This document shows, one piece after another, positions 1 to 10,107 of a DNA stretch of 64,000 bases. The stretch spans positions 496,001-560,000 of the forward strand of contig NW_003314280.1 in NCBI RefSeq assembly GCF_000143415.4. Reading direction: 5' to 3'. Both the position numbers and the translations under genes were made by a program. The DNA is from Selaginella moellendorffii. Its lineage: Eukaryota > Plantae > Lycopodiophyta. The stretch's first letter is position 1; each line of letters begins with the position of its first letter. The notes beneath the pieces were generated by a model. It did no database searches. It saw only the letters and a program-made list of their open reading frames with translations, and was not told the DNA's origin.

Positions 1-448
1 ACTATACTTTTGGAACCCCCTGCAGCCCCCCCCCCCTGGGAGACGCACGCTTTGGGCTTTCACCCCTTGACCCGTATTAGTATTTGGACTTAGTCTCTGG
101 CTCGATCTCGGACCCGATTTCGGATCCGACTTCGGATTCGGGTTCGGACTCGATCACGGACTCGATCTCGGACCCGATCTCGGACCCGACCTCGGACTCG
201 ACCTCGGACTCGGTCTCGGACCCGATTTCGGATCCGGACTCCGTCTCGAACTCGGTCTCGAACTCGGACTCGAACTCGGTCCCCGAGTCGGTCTCGGATT
301 CGATTCCGGACTCTATCTCGAACTCGGTCCTAGAGTCGGTCTTGGACTCGATCCTCGACTTGGTCCCATCCGATGAACTCTTTGTCACTTCGGTCAAGCT
401 TTTGGGGATCCTTTAGCCTACGACATCTCGGGGAGTCGGTTCCTTACA
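1..448 (-). repeat. 3' LTR of family A copy 1 (partial)
   Basis: Direct repeat of 6383-6830; begins TGTAAGGAAC on the minus strand right after the PPT. Confidence 0.96.
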
Positions 449-460
449 ACTCCACCACCC
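449..460 (-). promoter_or_regulatory. Polypurine tract (PPT) of family A copy 1
   Basis: GGGTGGTGGAGT immediately 5' of the 3' LTR on the minus strand. Confidence 0.8.
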
Positions 461-469
461 ATAGAAGAA

Positions 470-756
470 GTTCGATGCCCACATCGAACGTCTCGTTTTA
501 TCCTACGACTTGTTGTCCATGTCTCCGGGGGCATCCCCCCACTTAGCGGTGTGCCTAAGTTAGCCTCCCCGGCCAAGAGCCCATGACAACGGAATATAGG
601 TGTCCCTATATTCCTCACCTCACCACGCCCTAGTATAGGGTCGGGACTTGAACCCAGCCTTGCTTTACTAGGGGGTTGGGACTCGAACCCAACCTCCGTA
701 GAATACGTCTACGGATTCGACATCCCCGCAGGGAGTCGGGCGTAGTGCCCTACGCC
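470..756 (-). other. Array of consecutive stem-loops in the 3' UTR of family A, including two TPsiC-arm/B-box-like hairpins
   Basis: Inverted repeats at 470-489, 527-539, 541-560, 591-614, 639-659, 674-694, 695-715, 718-738 and 739-756. Confidence 0.75.
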
Positions 757-1233
757 TGGTCGACCTATCCAACCCATGCTAATTAGCTTACCTTTGGCGC
801 GCCTTCGGGTCCCAACATATGCCATTTGCTCAACTTTGCAAATTGATATTTTTAATTGAATTTTGCATAAGTACATAAAGTTCTGCCTTACAGAAATTCC
901 TCCACTAGATCTCGTGCGTTCGCTAGGTTCTCCTCCGGTTCCCATGTTGCTTCGCAGTGTGGAAATCCTTTCCACTTCACATGGAACTCTCTCACCTCGC
1001 GTCCTTGTCGCTTGCTCTTGCGCGCATTGAGGATGGCCTCGACTTCGTATTCCTCTTCCCCTTGGATAACCTCAGGTAAAGGTCTCACTTGGTCCTTGCG
1101 AAGCGGATCCTCAAAGTACGGCTTGAGTAAGTTCACGTGGAACACTGGGTGCATCTTCCCCATCTCTCGAGGAAGTCGGAGTCGGTAAGCCACTTTACCG
1201 ATTCGTGCCTCAATTTCATAAGGCCCCGCGAAC

Positions 1234-1285
1234 CTGCTTAAGGAACTCAAGATCAATTCATTTACAGGAATACATGCGTCTTTAC
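1234..1285 (-). other. Intron 2 in integrase of family A copy 1 (52 nt, GT-AG)
   Basis: CAAAG|GTAAAG...TTAAGCAG|GTTC; removal joins KLTQR to FAGPY. Confidence 0.88.
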
Positions 1286-1703
1286 CTTTGGGTCAACTTT
1301 CGGCTGATCCAGCTTGGTAGTCTGAGGTTCTTGGTGTTCAGCCACACCTTCTCCCCAGCTTGGAACTCCACATCCCGACGCTTTTGGTTCGCGTACTTAG
1401 TTTGCCTTTGTTGAGCCCGTTCCAAGGAATCCCTCACTAGATTCCAAATGTTGAGTCTTTCCGCCGTGAATGCCTCCACTGCGGGTAACTCTCCATGATA
1501 CTCGGCCACGCCGAGTTCCACAGGACCTTCAATAGCTCGCCCATTGATGACTTCCCATGGACTCACCCCGATGCTTGAGTGTGGTGAGTTGTTATAACAC
1601 ATTTCCGCAAGTCCCAAATGACTTACCCAGTCGGTCTGGTCTCCCGAGACATAGCATCGCAAATAATCCTCCAGCTGCCTATTCACCCTTTCCGTTTGTC
1701 CGT

Positions 1704-1750
1704 CTGTCAAGAAGTGTTAGTGCCATCAATCTTGACTTAATACCCATTAC
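1704..1750 (-). other. Intron 1 in integrase of family A copy 1 (47 nt, GT-AG)
   Basis: ACAG|GTAATG...CACTAAC...TTGACAG|ACGG; removal restores HPQTDGQTERVN. Confidence 0.9.
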
Positions 1751-4700
1751 CTGTCTGTGGGTGATAGGCTGTGCTGAATTTCAATTTGGTGCGATACTGT
1801 TCTAGGAGTGTCCTCCAGAACCTACTAGTGAAGATCTTATCTCGATCTGAGATAATCTCTTCCGGCCTTCCCCGCACTCGAACCACTTGTTCAAAGAACA
1901 GCTTCGCCACACCTTCTGCATCCACGTCCGTTGTGGTGGGTATGAAATGTGCCATCTTTGAAAATCGGTCCACCACCACGAATATCGCATCAAACCCCTC
2001 GCTTGGGGGTAGTCCCGTGATGAAGTCCATCGTAAGACATTTCCACGGGCGATCTGGAATTGGGATGCTTTGCAACAAGCCCCCACTAGCCTTAGTCACG
2101 GCTTTGACCTGCTGACATGTTGGACATGTCTTTACATAGTCTTGGACGTCCTTAGCCATATCTGGCCAATGGTACTTCCTCTTGAGTAAGCCCATCGTCT
2201 TGGGCACTCCGCCGTGTCCCGCAAGAGGTCCGTCATGACACTCTTCTAAGGCCACCTTCCTTAGTTCCCCTTCTGGAACATACACCCTCGTTTGCTTGTA
2301 ATAAATGAGTCCGTTGCGTTCCGCATAGCCCGTTTTCTCTTCCGTTGGCAGCTCACCTCTCTGGTGAGCTTCCCGCGCCTCTAGATTCCTCAGCAACACT
2401 TCTTGTGCTAGACCATCGTTCTCATATGCTGTCCGCACATCGTCCCAGAAGGTTGCTGTTGCGCTGGATATTGCCAACTTCAAGCTCGCTTTTCGACTTA
2501 GCGCATCCGCCACGATGTTGCTCTTCCCAGGCTTGTACAGAATTTCGCAATCAAACTCGGCCAAGGCATTGGCCCACCGACCTTGTTTCCCTCTTAGGTC
2601 GGGCTGTGACAAGAAGTGTTTCGTCGCCACATTGTCCGTGTAAACCTTGAAGTGTCTCCCAAGGTAGTGTCGCCACTCCTTGAGTGCCTTGACCACCGCA
2701 AACAATTCCTTCTCATGGGCAGGCCACTTCCGTTGAGCCTTGTCCAGCTTCTTCGAGAAGAACGCTACCGGATGGTTGTCTTGCTTCAGGACTGCGCCCA
2801 ACGCAAAGTCCGAAGCATCCGTTTCTACCTCAAAGTCCTTACCAAAGTCTGGCAATGCCAATACGGGAGCCTTCCTCAACTTCCCTTTGAGGTGGACGAA
2901 TGCCGCCTCGCATTCTGCTGTCCATACCATCTTCCCTTTTCCTGTTTGGTCCGTTAAGGGCAGGGCTACTCTCGAATAGTGTCTGATAAACTTTCGATAG
3001 TAGTTGCATAGCCCCAGGAACGCCCTCAACTCATGTACATTCGATGGTCGCTCCCATTCCTGGATCGCTTGGACCTTCTCCGGGTCCACCTTGAGCCCGT
3101 CCTGGCCCACCACATGCCCGAGAAACTTTACCTCTTGTTGAGCAAAGTCACATTTGCTCTCTTTAGCATACAGCTTGTGTTCCCTTAGTTTCTCAAACAC
3201 CTTCGCCAAGTGTTCGGCATGCTCTTCTAGCGTCTCGCTATAGATCAGGATGTCGTCGATATAGACGACCACGAAGTGATCCAGATAGGGTACAAAGACG
3301 TGGTTCATTAGCGCCGAAAACGTTGCCGGCGCATTACATAGCCCGAAGGGCATCACCAGAAACTCAAAGCTCCCATACCTCGTTCGACAGGTTGTCTTCT
3401 CGACATCTTCCTCGGCTACCCTGATCTGGTAGTATCCTGACCTTAGGTCAATCCTCGAGAAGTATTTTGCCTTTCCCAACCTATCGAACAGGTCCTCAAT
3501 CCTTGGCAAAGGGTACTTGTTCTTCTTTGTATACTTGTTGAGCAAGCGGTAGTCTATGCACATGCGCATAGATCCATCTTTCTTTTTCACAAATAACACC
3601 GGCGCCCCATACGGCGACTTGCTCAACCTAACATACCCTTTGTCCACCAACTCCTCTAGTTGGCACTTGAGCTCCTTGAGTTCTTTTTCGTTCAAACGAT
3701 AAGGGGGACGAACCACTGCCTCAGCACCCTCGACCAGCTCAATCTTATGTTCTATCGGTCGTGCTGGGGGCAGCCCCGCCGGTAGCTCCTCCGGCATGGT
3801 ATCCTGGAATTGGTCCAACACCCGCTGGATCACTAAAGGCACTTCTTCCGTTCTTGTCTTTTTGTCACTCTTCACCGAGAGTAAGCACAAAAAGGCTGCC
3901 TTAGTTCCTTTAGTGAGTTGTCCTCTCGTGGACACCAGGTTTAAGCAGGATTCTTTGGCCTTGCTTTGCCCTACCTTTAGATCCTGGGCTTCCACCCTAG
4001 ATCTTCTTCCTTGGGCATTCGCCAGTACCACAAGGTTCCTACCTTGTCCATGTAGGGCTACCACGAACCGATTGAACCAATCCATTCCGAAGATCACGTC
4101 AAATCCCGCCATGTCCAACACGGTGAAATCCATGTCTACCTTCCAAGTCCCTACTTCGACTTTCGCTTGTCGAAGTACCTCATCGGTGCTTTGGCTACCT
4201 TGAACAAACTCTATAGTCCTTGGTTCGCCTAGCCGCTGCACCGTTAGTCCGGCTTGCCGGACTATGTCTGCAGCCACAAAATTATCCGAAGCACCCGTGT
4301 CAATAAGGATCTTAACAAAGCTACCTCCGAGCTTCCCTCGGAGGGCTAGTAGATGTCGCGAACGACTCTCTACCAAAGTTGCTCGTGTAATGAGTAACTT
4401 TGAGTTAGGGACTGGATCACATACCTCATTTTGGACTTCGCCCGACTTGATGGCCATATTGGCTCTGGCCTTCTTCGGGTAGGGACATTCCCTTGAAAAG
4501 TGTCCCGCTTCACCGCAGTTATAGCATACGTTGTTTCCCACGCTGCTATATGACTTGACCTTCTTATCCGTGGGTTTGTCTCTTTTCGCTTGACTCCCCC
4601 ACGTACTTGCTCGCTGGCCACCGGATTTGCCTTTCCGAAATCCCGAGGACTCATTCTTAGAGAAACTCTTCTTGAATTTCCCCCTGCTATATGTTCCCCT

Positions 4701-5667
4701 CGGTTTGGCCCCTTTGTGAAATGTGGATCCCGACCCCGTCGTGTTCCCCTTTCGCAGGTTATCGTTGAAATGCACCTTGATGGCCGCATCCAACGCTTCC
4801 TTGTAGTTGGTCGGGTTCCAGCGCATCACCTCACCGCGAGCCCAGGTTTGCAAACCTGATATAAAGGCATGGAACGCATCCATATCCCCCATGTCCGTGA
4901 CAAGTATCCTCTTTGCCATGAACCCATTCACATATTCCTGGATGGTTCCAGTCTGCTTCAGCCTACTCAGCTCATCTCTCAAATGCAGAGTGGCATTCGG
5001 AGGAACGTATGTCGCGCGGATCCTCGCCTTCATCATGTCCCAGGTGGCCACCGGTCCTTCGTTGGCCTCCGTTGTTCTCCACCAAGACTTGGCATTATCT
5101 GCCAAGTATGGTTTTGCACATGGGACCTTCTCCGAGCTCGGTAACCGTAACGCTCGGAAGTAGTCCTCCATATCGTAAAACCAATCCTCCACAACCTTAT
5201 AGTCGTTCACTCCCTTGAACACCGGTGGGGGCTTTGGTTTGTACTTGGGAACTGCCTGAGGGACTGATTCCACTTCGGTCTGTTCGACCTTGTCTGGTTT
5301 TGCCTCAGTCCCTGCCGAAGGGTCCGCACCTTCTGCGCTGCCAGCATCCGCAGTCTTTCGCCTTTTCTTCCGTTTTTCGTCACGCTTTAGCTTGCGTACG
5401 AGAGTCTCCAGCAGGGCATTGGTCTACGCCAATTGACCTTCTAGAACGTCCAATCGAGCCTTGGACGACCGAACCTCGCCACCGGACTCCTGTTTGGAAG
5501 TTTCCTCACTAGAGTCCTCCTCATGCAAGGATTCCTCATCCATAGCCTCTTGTTCGACCGGAGGCTCCAGCTCTGGCGGAGGTTCTGTCTCCGCCTGGGT
5601 TCGCTTACGCCCTGCCCTTGCCATCTCCCAGCAATCCGCCTCTATCCTTCGCTAGAACTGAGGAGAA

Positions 5668-5680
5668 GGCTCCGATACCA
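5668..5680 (-). promoter_or_regulatory. Primer binding site, initiator tRNA-Met type
   Basis: TGGTATCGGAGCC 3 nt inside the 5' LTR, one mismatch to the canonical TGGTATCAGAGCC. Confidence 0.9.
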
Positions 5681-5683
5681 AAT

Positions 5684-6830
5684 TGTAAGCCACAAATTTT
5701 TCCTTTCCAATTTGCCAGTTTACCTCGCCTATCCGACCAACTCCGCCTTGGCTTGTGCTAAGTTCCCTCGCCAAGGTTCTCGCCTATGGTGCCAGCTCCT
5801 ACTTGGTTTCAACTACTTACTGCACGAGCAACGGAGTGTTAGCCATCCATCTACGGATTCCCAAATCTCTCCCAATCCCCCTCCCCGGGTTAGACTGGAC
5901 TTAAGGTTCGGCTACACTCCCCGCAGGCACAAGCAGCCAAGCACACCAAGCCTCCAGATTCCTAACTCCCCAAGGTATCACAAGGCTTGATCATGGGACC
6001 CTCTAAATCCCAAGCCTTGGGTGCAGCACTTGCTTCGGGACGTCGGGGCGAAACACCGTGGCCTAACGGCCCGGTATGGGTACCTCTAGCCCCCCTCTTC
6101 CATCCCGAAGGAAAGGCCCAAGCCCCCGGAAGGGCGAGGACCAATGAGCCACAAGGTACTCAAGTGGGGCACCACTCCACCTGAGCCGGGAGCACCGCAA
6201 TCGGTTTCCCTTTCGGGAGTGGGAGCTGCTCTTGAGCACTTCCTTGGATGGCCCCTCCGGCACCAGCCAAGTCCATGCTCACTCCCACCCAAGGCCCCTC
6301 GGTCCCAGTCCCAACCTCAAGTCGGTTTGGAAGCCCAACTGGAGAGTCCCTTCTAAACTGGTTCCTGGACCTCACTATCCCTACTATACTTTTGGAACCC
6401 CCTGCAGCCCCCCCCCCCTGGGAGACGCACGCTTTGGGCTTTCACCCCTTGACCCGTATTAGTATTTGGACTTAGTCTCTGGCTCGATCTCGGACCCGAT
6501 TTCGGATCCGACTTCGGATTCGGGTTCGGACTCGATCACGGACCCGATCTCGGACCCGATCTCGGACCCGACCTCGGACTCGACCTCGGACTCGGTCTCG
6601 GACCCGATTTCGGATCCGGACTCCGTCTCGAACTCGGTCTCGAACTCGGACTCGAACTCGGTCCCCGAGTCGGTCTCGGATTCGATTCCGGACTCTATCT
6701 CGAACTCGGTCCTAGAGTCGGTCTTGGACTCGATCCTCGACTTGGTCCCATCCGATGAACTCTTTGTCACTTCGGTCAAGCTTTTGGGGATCCTTTAGCC
6801 TACGACATCTCGGGGAGTCGGTTCCTTACA
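5684..6830 (-). repeat. 5' LTR of family A copy 1 (1147 bp) with CpG-rich 6-nt-periodic tandem repeat at ~6480-6745
   Basis: TG...CA termini; same length as and near-identical to 57936-59082; repeat units such as TCGGAC/TCGATC/CCGATT. Confidence 0.96.
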
Positions 6831-9051
6831 CTTCACTGATTATAATGTACAATTTATATATGTAATAAGATGGCACTGAACAGGCACACTTAGGCTTTCT
6901 TACATCAACACATCTTCAAGACCAATATTAGAAGCATCCACACGTAAAATGAAAGGTCGAGTGTAGTTAGGATATGCTAAAACCGGAGGAGTTGTTAATA
7001 ACTCTTTGAGATCCATGAATGCTCATTCAAAGTCTACAGACTACATGAAAGATGACGTTGATAACTTCAACAACACTTGCAAGAATGTAGTGCGATCAAA
7101 AAGATGATCCACAAAACAACCGAGATACTACACCTTGCCCAAGAAGCGGTGCATATCATTCACACACTTCAGAGTATGGAACTTTAGAATAGCTACAAGA
7201 TTTTCAAGATCAACTTACAAACCCTCATGAGAAATATGATACCCAAAATAAGTTGTGTCCTTGGACCCAAACACGCATTTCGACCACTTCAACTTTAAAC
7301 TAATTTCCCATAGACTATCTAACACTTTATGAATATCATAGATGTATTCCTCTGACATCCCTTTCGAATGGATCAAGACACCATTAATGATGTCAATAGT
7401 CACTTCTAGCATATCATAAAGAATCTCATCTATTATCCATTGGAAAGTTGCTAGAGCATTGTTTAAATTAAACGGCATTACCAAGAATTTATACAAACTA
7501 AACGGTGTAAGAAAGGTAGTTTTCATCACTTCGTTTAATAGACAATAGTCGATGCAAAAATGAATACTCTCATTAGACTTTGTAACAAAATGAGGTTTAC
7601 ATGCCCAAAGACTTAATAACTTTCAAATAACACTCTTTTCCAACATCTCTTTGACATTTGCATGTAAAATCTTAATCTCTTTGGGTGACTGATGACAAAT
7701 ACGAACCTTGATTAGACGAGCATCCCCAGTTAGAATTGGATGACATATGGCAATCTTAGCCCCAAATGATAGGTTAAATTCAAATAGATTGGTGTACTCC
7801 TTCATGAGCCGGTCAACTGCTACAACACAAAGACCGTTAGAGGGATCAATAAAGGGAAGGGCAAAACAAGATAGAAACTTAGGAAAAAGTAATGAGGAGA
7901 CAAAAGTAATGGAAGCAAAGATATAAACAAAGGGACAAAAAAGTATAGAAGTAAAAAGAATGGATGAAATATAAGGAAGTATGAGACAAGGGGAGAAGTC
8001 TTAAAGTCACACTTAGTATGATTGTGTTGCAATTAATCCATAAAAAGGATAAAGTTAAAAGCTTGACTTGGTACCACTTACAATGACTGCAACCCAAGCT
8101 CAAGATCACCCACACCCATAATTAGGTCTGCCTCATCCCATACACATGCATGTGTACGGCCGTTGCCATAAAGAATGAAAATTGGCTCTACTGCATCACA
8201 CAAATGTAAATAGTAACATATGGCAACAGATCGAGCAATAAAAGATAAACTCAAACCTATATCAACCAACATGGAGAGAATAATAGGAGATTTTTTATTA
8301 TAAAAATGAGCTTGAAAAGTGAACACTAAATGAACTAGTGCTGAGTGAACCCCTTGATAATACTCCTAAAAAAAAGATAGAGGGGTCACTGATTTATTCG
8401 TGCAAAGTCCCTCTGTTACTCGCTCGACTCCTCATTTCCCGAATGCATCTCAATGTCCAGACTTTCCACTGCAATAACACGAATAGGATGTTGTTGACGC
8501 CAAGGTCTCCACCCAGAAAATGGAGGTTGCCAATCCGGAAAACGCTAACAACGCTAATAAATGTGACCAACTTTATCATATGCCCAGTAGTGAACATCAC
8601 GACCATGACTGCATCCTCGCCTTTGTCTTTGAACTTGAGTAGCAATAGCATCAACTTCCATTGGAACAAAACCATCTCCCATAGGAAGTGGAGTTGAAAG
8701 ACAACACAAGTCTTACAAGGTTTTGATAAAGTGTTGCCCACAACATTCCCAACTTGATCCACTCTGATATATTTAGCTCCACACAAAGCAAAAGGCTTCG
8801 GAAACGAATGCCAAATTGCATCACCAACTCAAATGGCCCTTGATAAAGACAATGCAATTGTTGGAAGGCATCATCACAATCATTAATATGTCCAAATGTG
8901 TGTTTGAAGACGTCCAGGAGAATACTCCAATCTTTACAAATGGCTGCACTCAAACTATTGTACCATTGCAATGCCATCTCTTGGAGACACATGGAAACTC
9001 ACGCAAAAATCAAGCATCAACCCAAGAATGATATGTCACAATCATCATGAA

Positions 9052-9763
9052 TGTAAGCAACCAAAGGGAATGACTCGAGAGACGATCCATGGGGTTCAAA
9101 TATAGAGGGAAAAGGCCCATGAACAAGAGTGCACCCTCTTTTCCAATTGGTTAAGGGTCTTGGGATAGTTGGAGTTAAGCGTTCTTGGGTTTGAATAGTA
9201 CTGGGCTGGGTGACCTCCCGGGAAGTCCAAACTCAAGGAGCTTACATTTGGTATTAGATGAGTCTCAGGTCCGACTTTGTTGGTTGGCTAGGGGAATCAC
9301 ACCACATGTTGATTGACATCTGGCTAGTCCAGTTTGCGGGAAGTCCAAACTCAAGGAGCTTACATTTGGTATCAGATGGGTCTCGGGTCCGACTCTGTTG
9401 GTTGGCTAGGGGAATCACACCATATGTTGATTGACATCTGGCTGGTCCAGTTTGCTCCTGCTGGGCTCGACCCGAGGGGTAGAGTGTCAAGAGAGCGAGG
9501 CTCTCAGGAGAGCTGCAGCTCTTAGCTTCTGTTCACGAGGGCATGAACTTGCAAGGAAGCGTGGTGGATTGTAAGCAACCAAAGAGAACGACTCGAGAGA
9601 TGATCCATGGGGTTCAAATATAGAGGGAAAAGGCCCATAAACAAGAGTGCATCCCCTTTTCCAATTGGTTAAGGGTCTTGGGATAGTTGGAGTTAAGCGT
9701 CCTTGGGTTTGAATAGTATTGGGCTGGGTGACCTCCTGGGAAGTCCAAACTCATGAGCTTACA
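9052..9763 (+). mobile_element. Cassandra-type TRIM with 5S rRNA-derived segment in both LTRs
   Basis: LTRs 9052-9246 and 9570-9763 (TGTAAGC...GCTTACA), 5-bp TSD ATGAA (9047-9051 / 9764-9768), PBS TGGTAT(C/T)AGA, purine-rich PPT, no ORF; 9172-9228 matches the 5S rRNA A-box to C-box region (AGTTAAGCG...GGGTGACCTCCCGGGAAGTCC). Confidence 0.92.
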
Positions 9764-10107
9764 ATGAAGTGATTGAACCAATGGTATACATCATCCCCAG
9801 GATTCCCATGAAAGAACTCTAAATGCACGAAGAGTAGGAGTTGTGCCATGTGCCATGAATGCCACCATCAATTGAGTTTGGTTGTTCAACTGCAATCACA
9901 TAGCATCGAGCAATTGCACCAATTGCTGCTCTAGAGTCAAAAGAGGAGAAGATTGTTGCTTTGTTGTCGCAAATGTGACTTTGAGTATTGAAAAATACTT
10001 GTCAGCAAGTTCTTACATACGCTCTCTCTTTACTTCCATGATGGCAGGAGGTCAATACTACTAATTCCCTTTATTAGCCCCTCTTGTCCAAGTGTTACTA
10101 AATGTAG

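Larger units (their letters stand above)
888..5624 (-). pseudogene. Gag-Pol polyprotein of family A copy 1; exons 5624-1751, 1703-1286, 1233-888; nonsense codon at 5424-5426
   Basis: CCHC knuckle [14 protein letters not shown], protease LIDTGA, RT YIDD, RNase H, integrase HHCC/DDE, chromodomain [22 protein letters not shown]; CAG in copy 2 is TAG here. Confidence 0.92.
1..6830 (-). mobile_element. Ty3/gypsy chromovirus LTR retrotransposon, family A copy 1 (3' LTR truncated by window start)
   Basis: 5' LTR 5684-6830 (TGTAAG...GCTTACA), PBS TGGTATCGGAGCC, gag-PR-RT-RH-IN-chromodomain order, PPT, and 3' LTR 1-448 differing at only one position I could find (162 vs 6544) from the 5' LTR. Confidence 0.97.

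Noticed and set aside
77-416. Acidic Ser/Glu and Ser/Asp ORFs in the LTRs treated as real genes
   Set aside because: They come from a stop-free hexamer repeat and start at non-ATG codons; kept only as a repeat observation.
639-694. tRNA gene or SINE in the retroelement 3' UTR
   Set aside because: Only T-arm-like hairpins; no D-arm/A-box, anticodon arm or acceptor stem could be built.
6480-6745. CRISPR-like array
   Set aside because: No unique spacers, 6-nt periodicity, eukaryotic LTR context.
9172-9228. Functional 5S rRNA gene
   Set aside because: Only the internal ~57-nt portion is present, embedded twice in TRIM LTRs.
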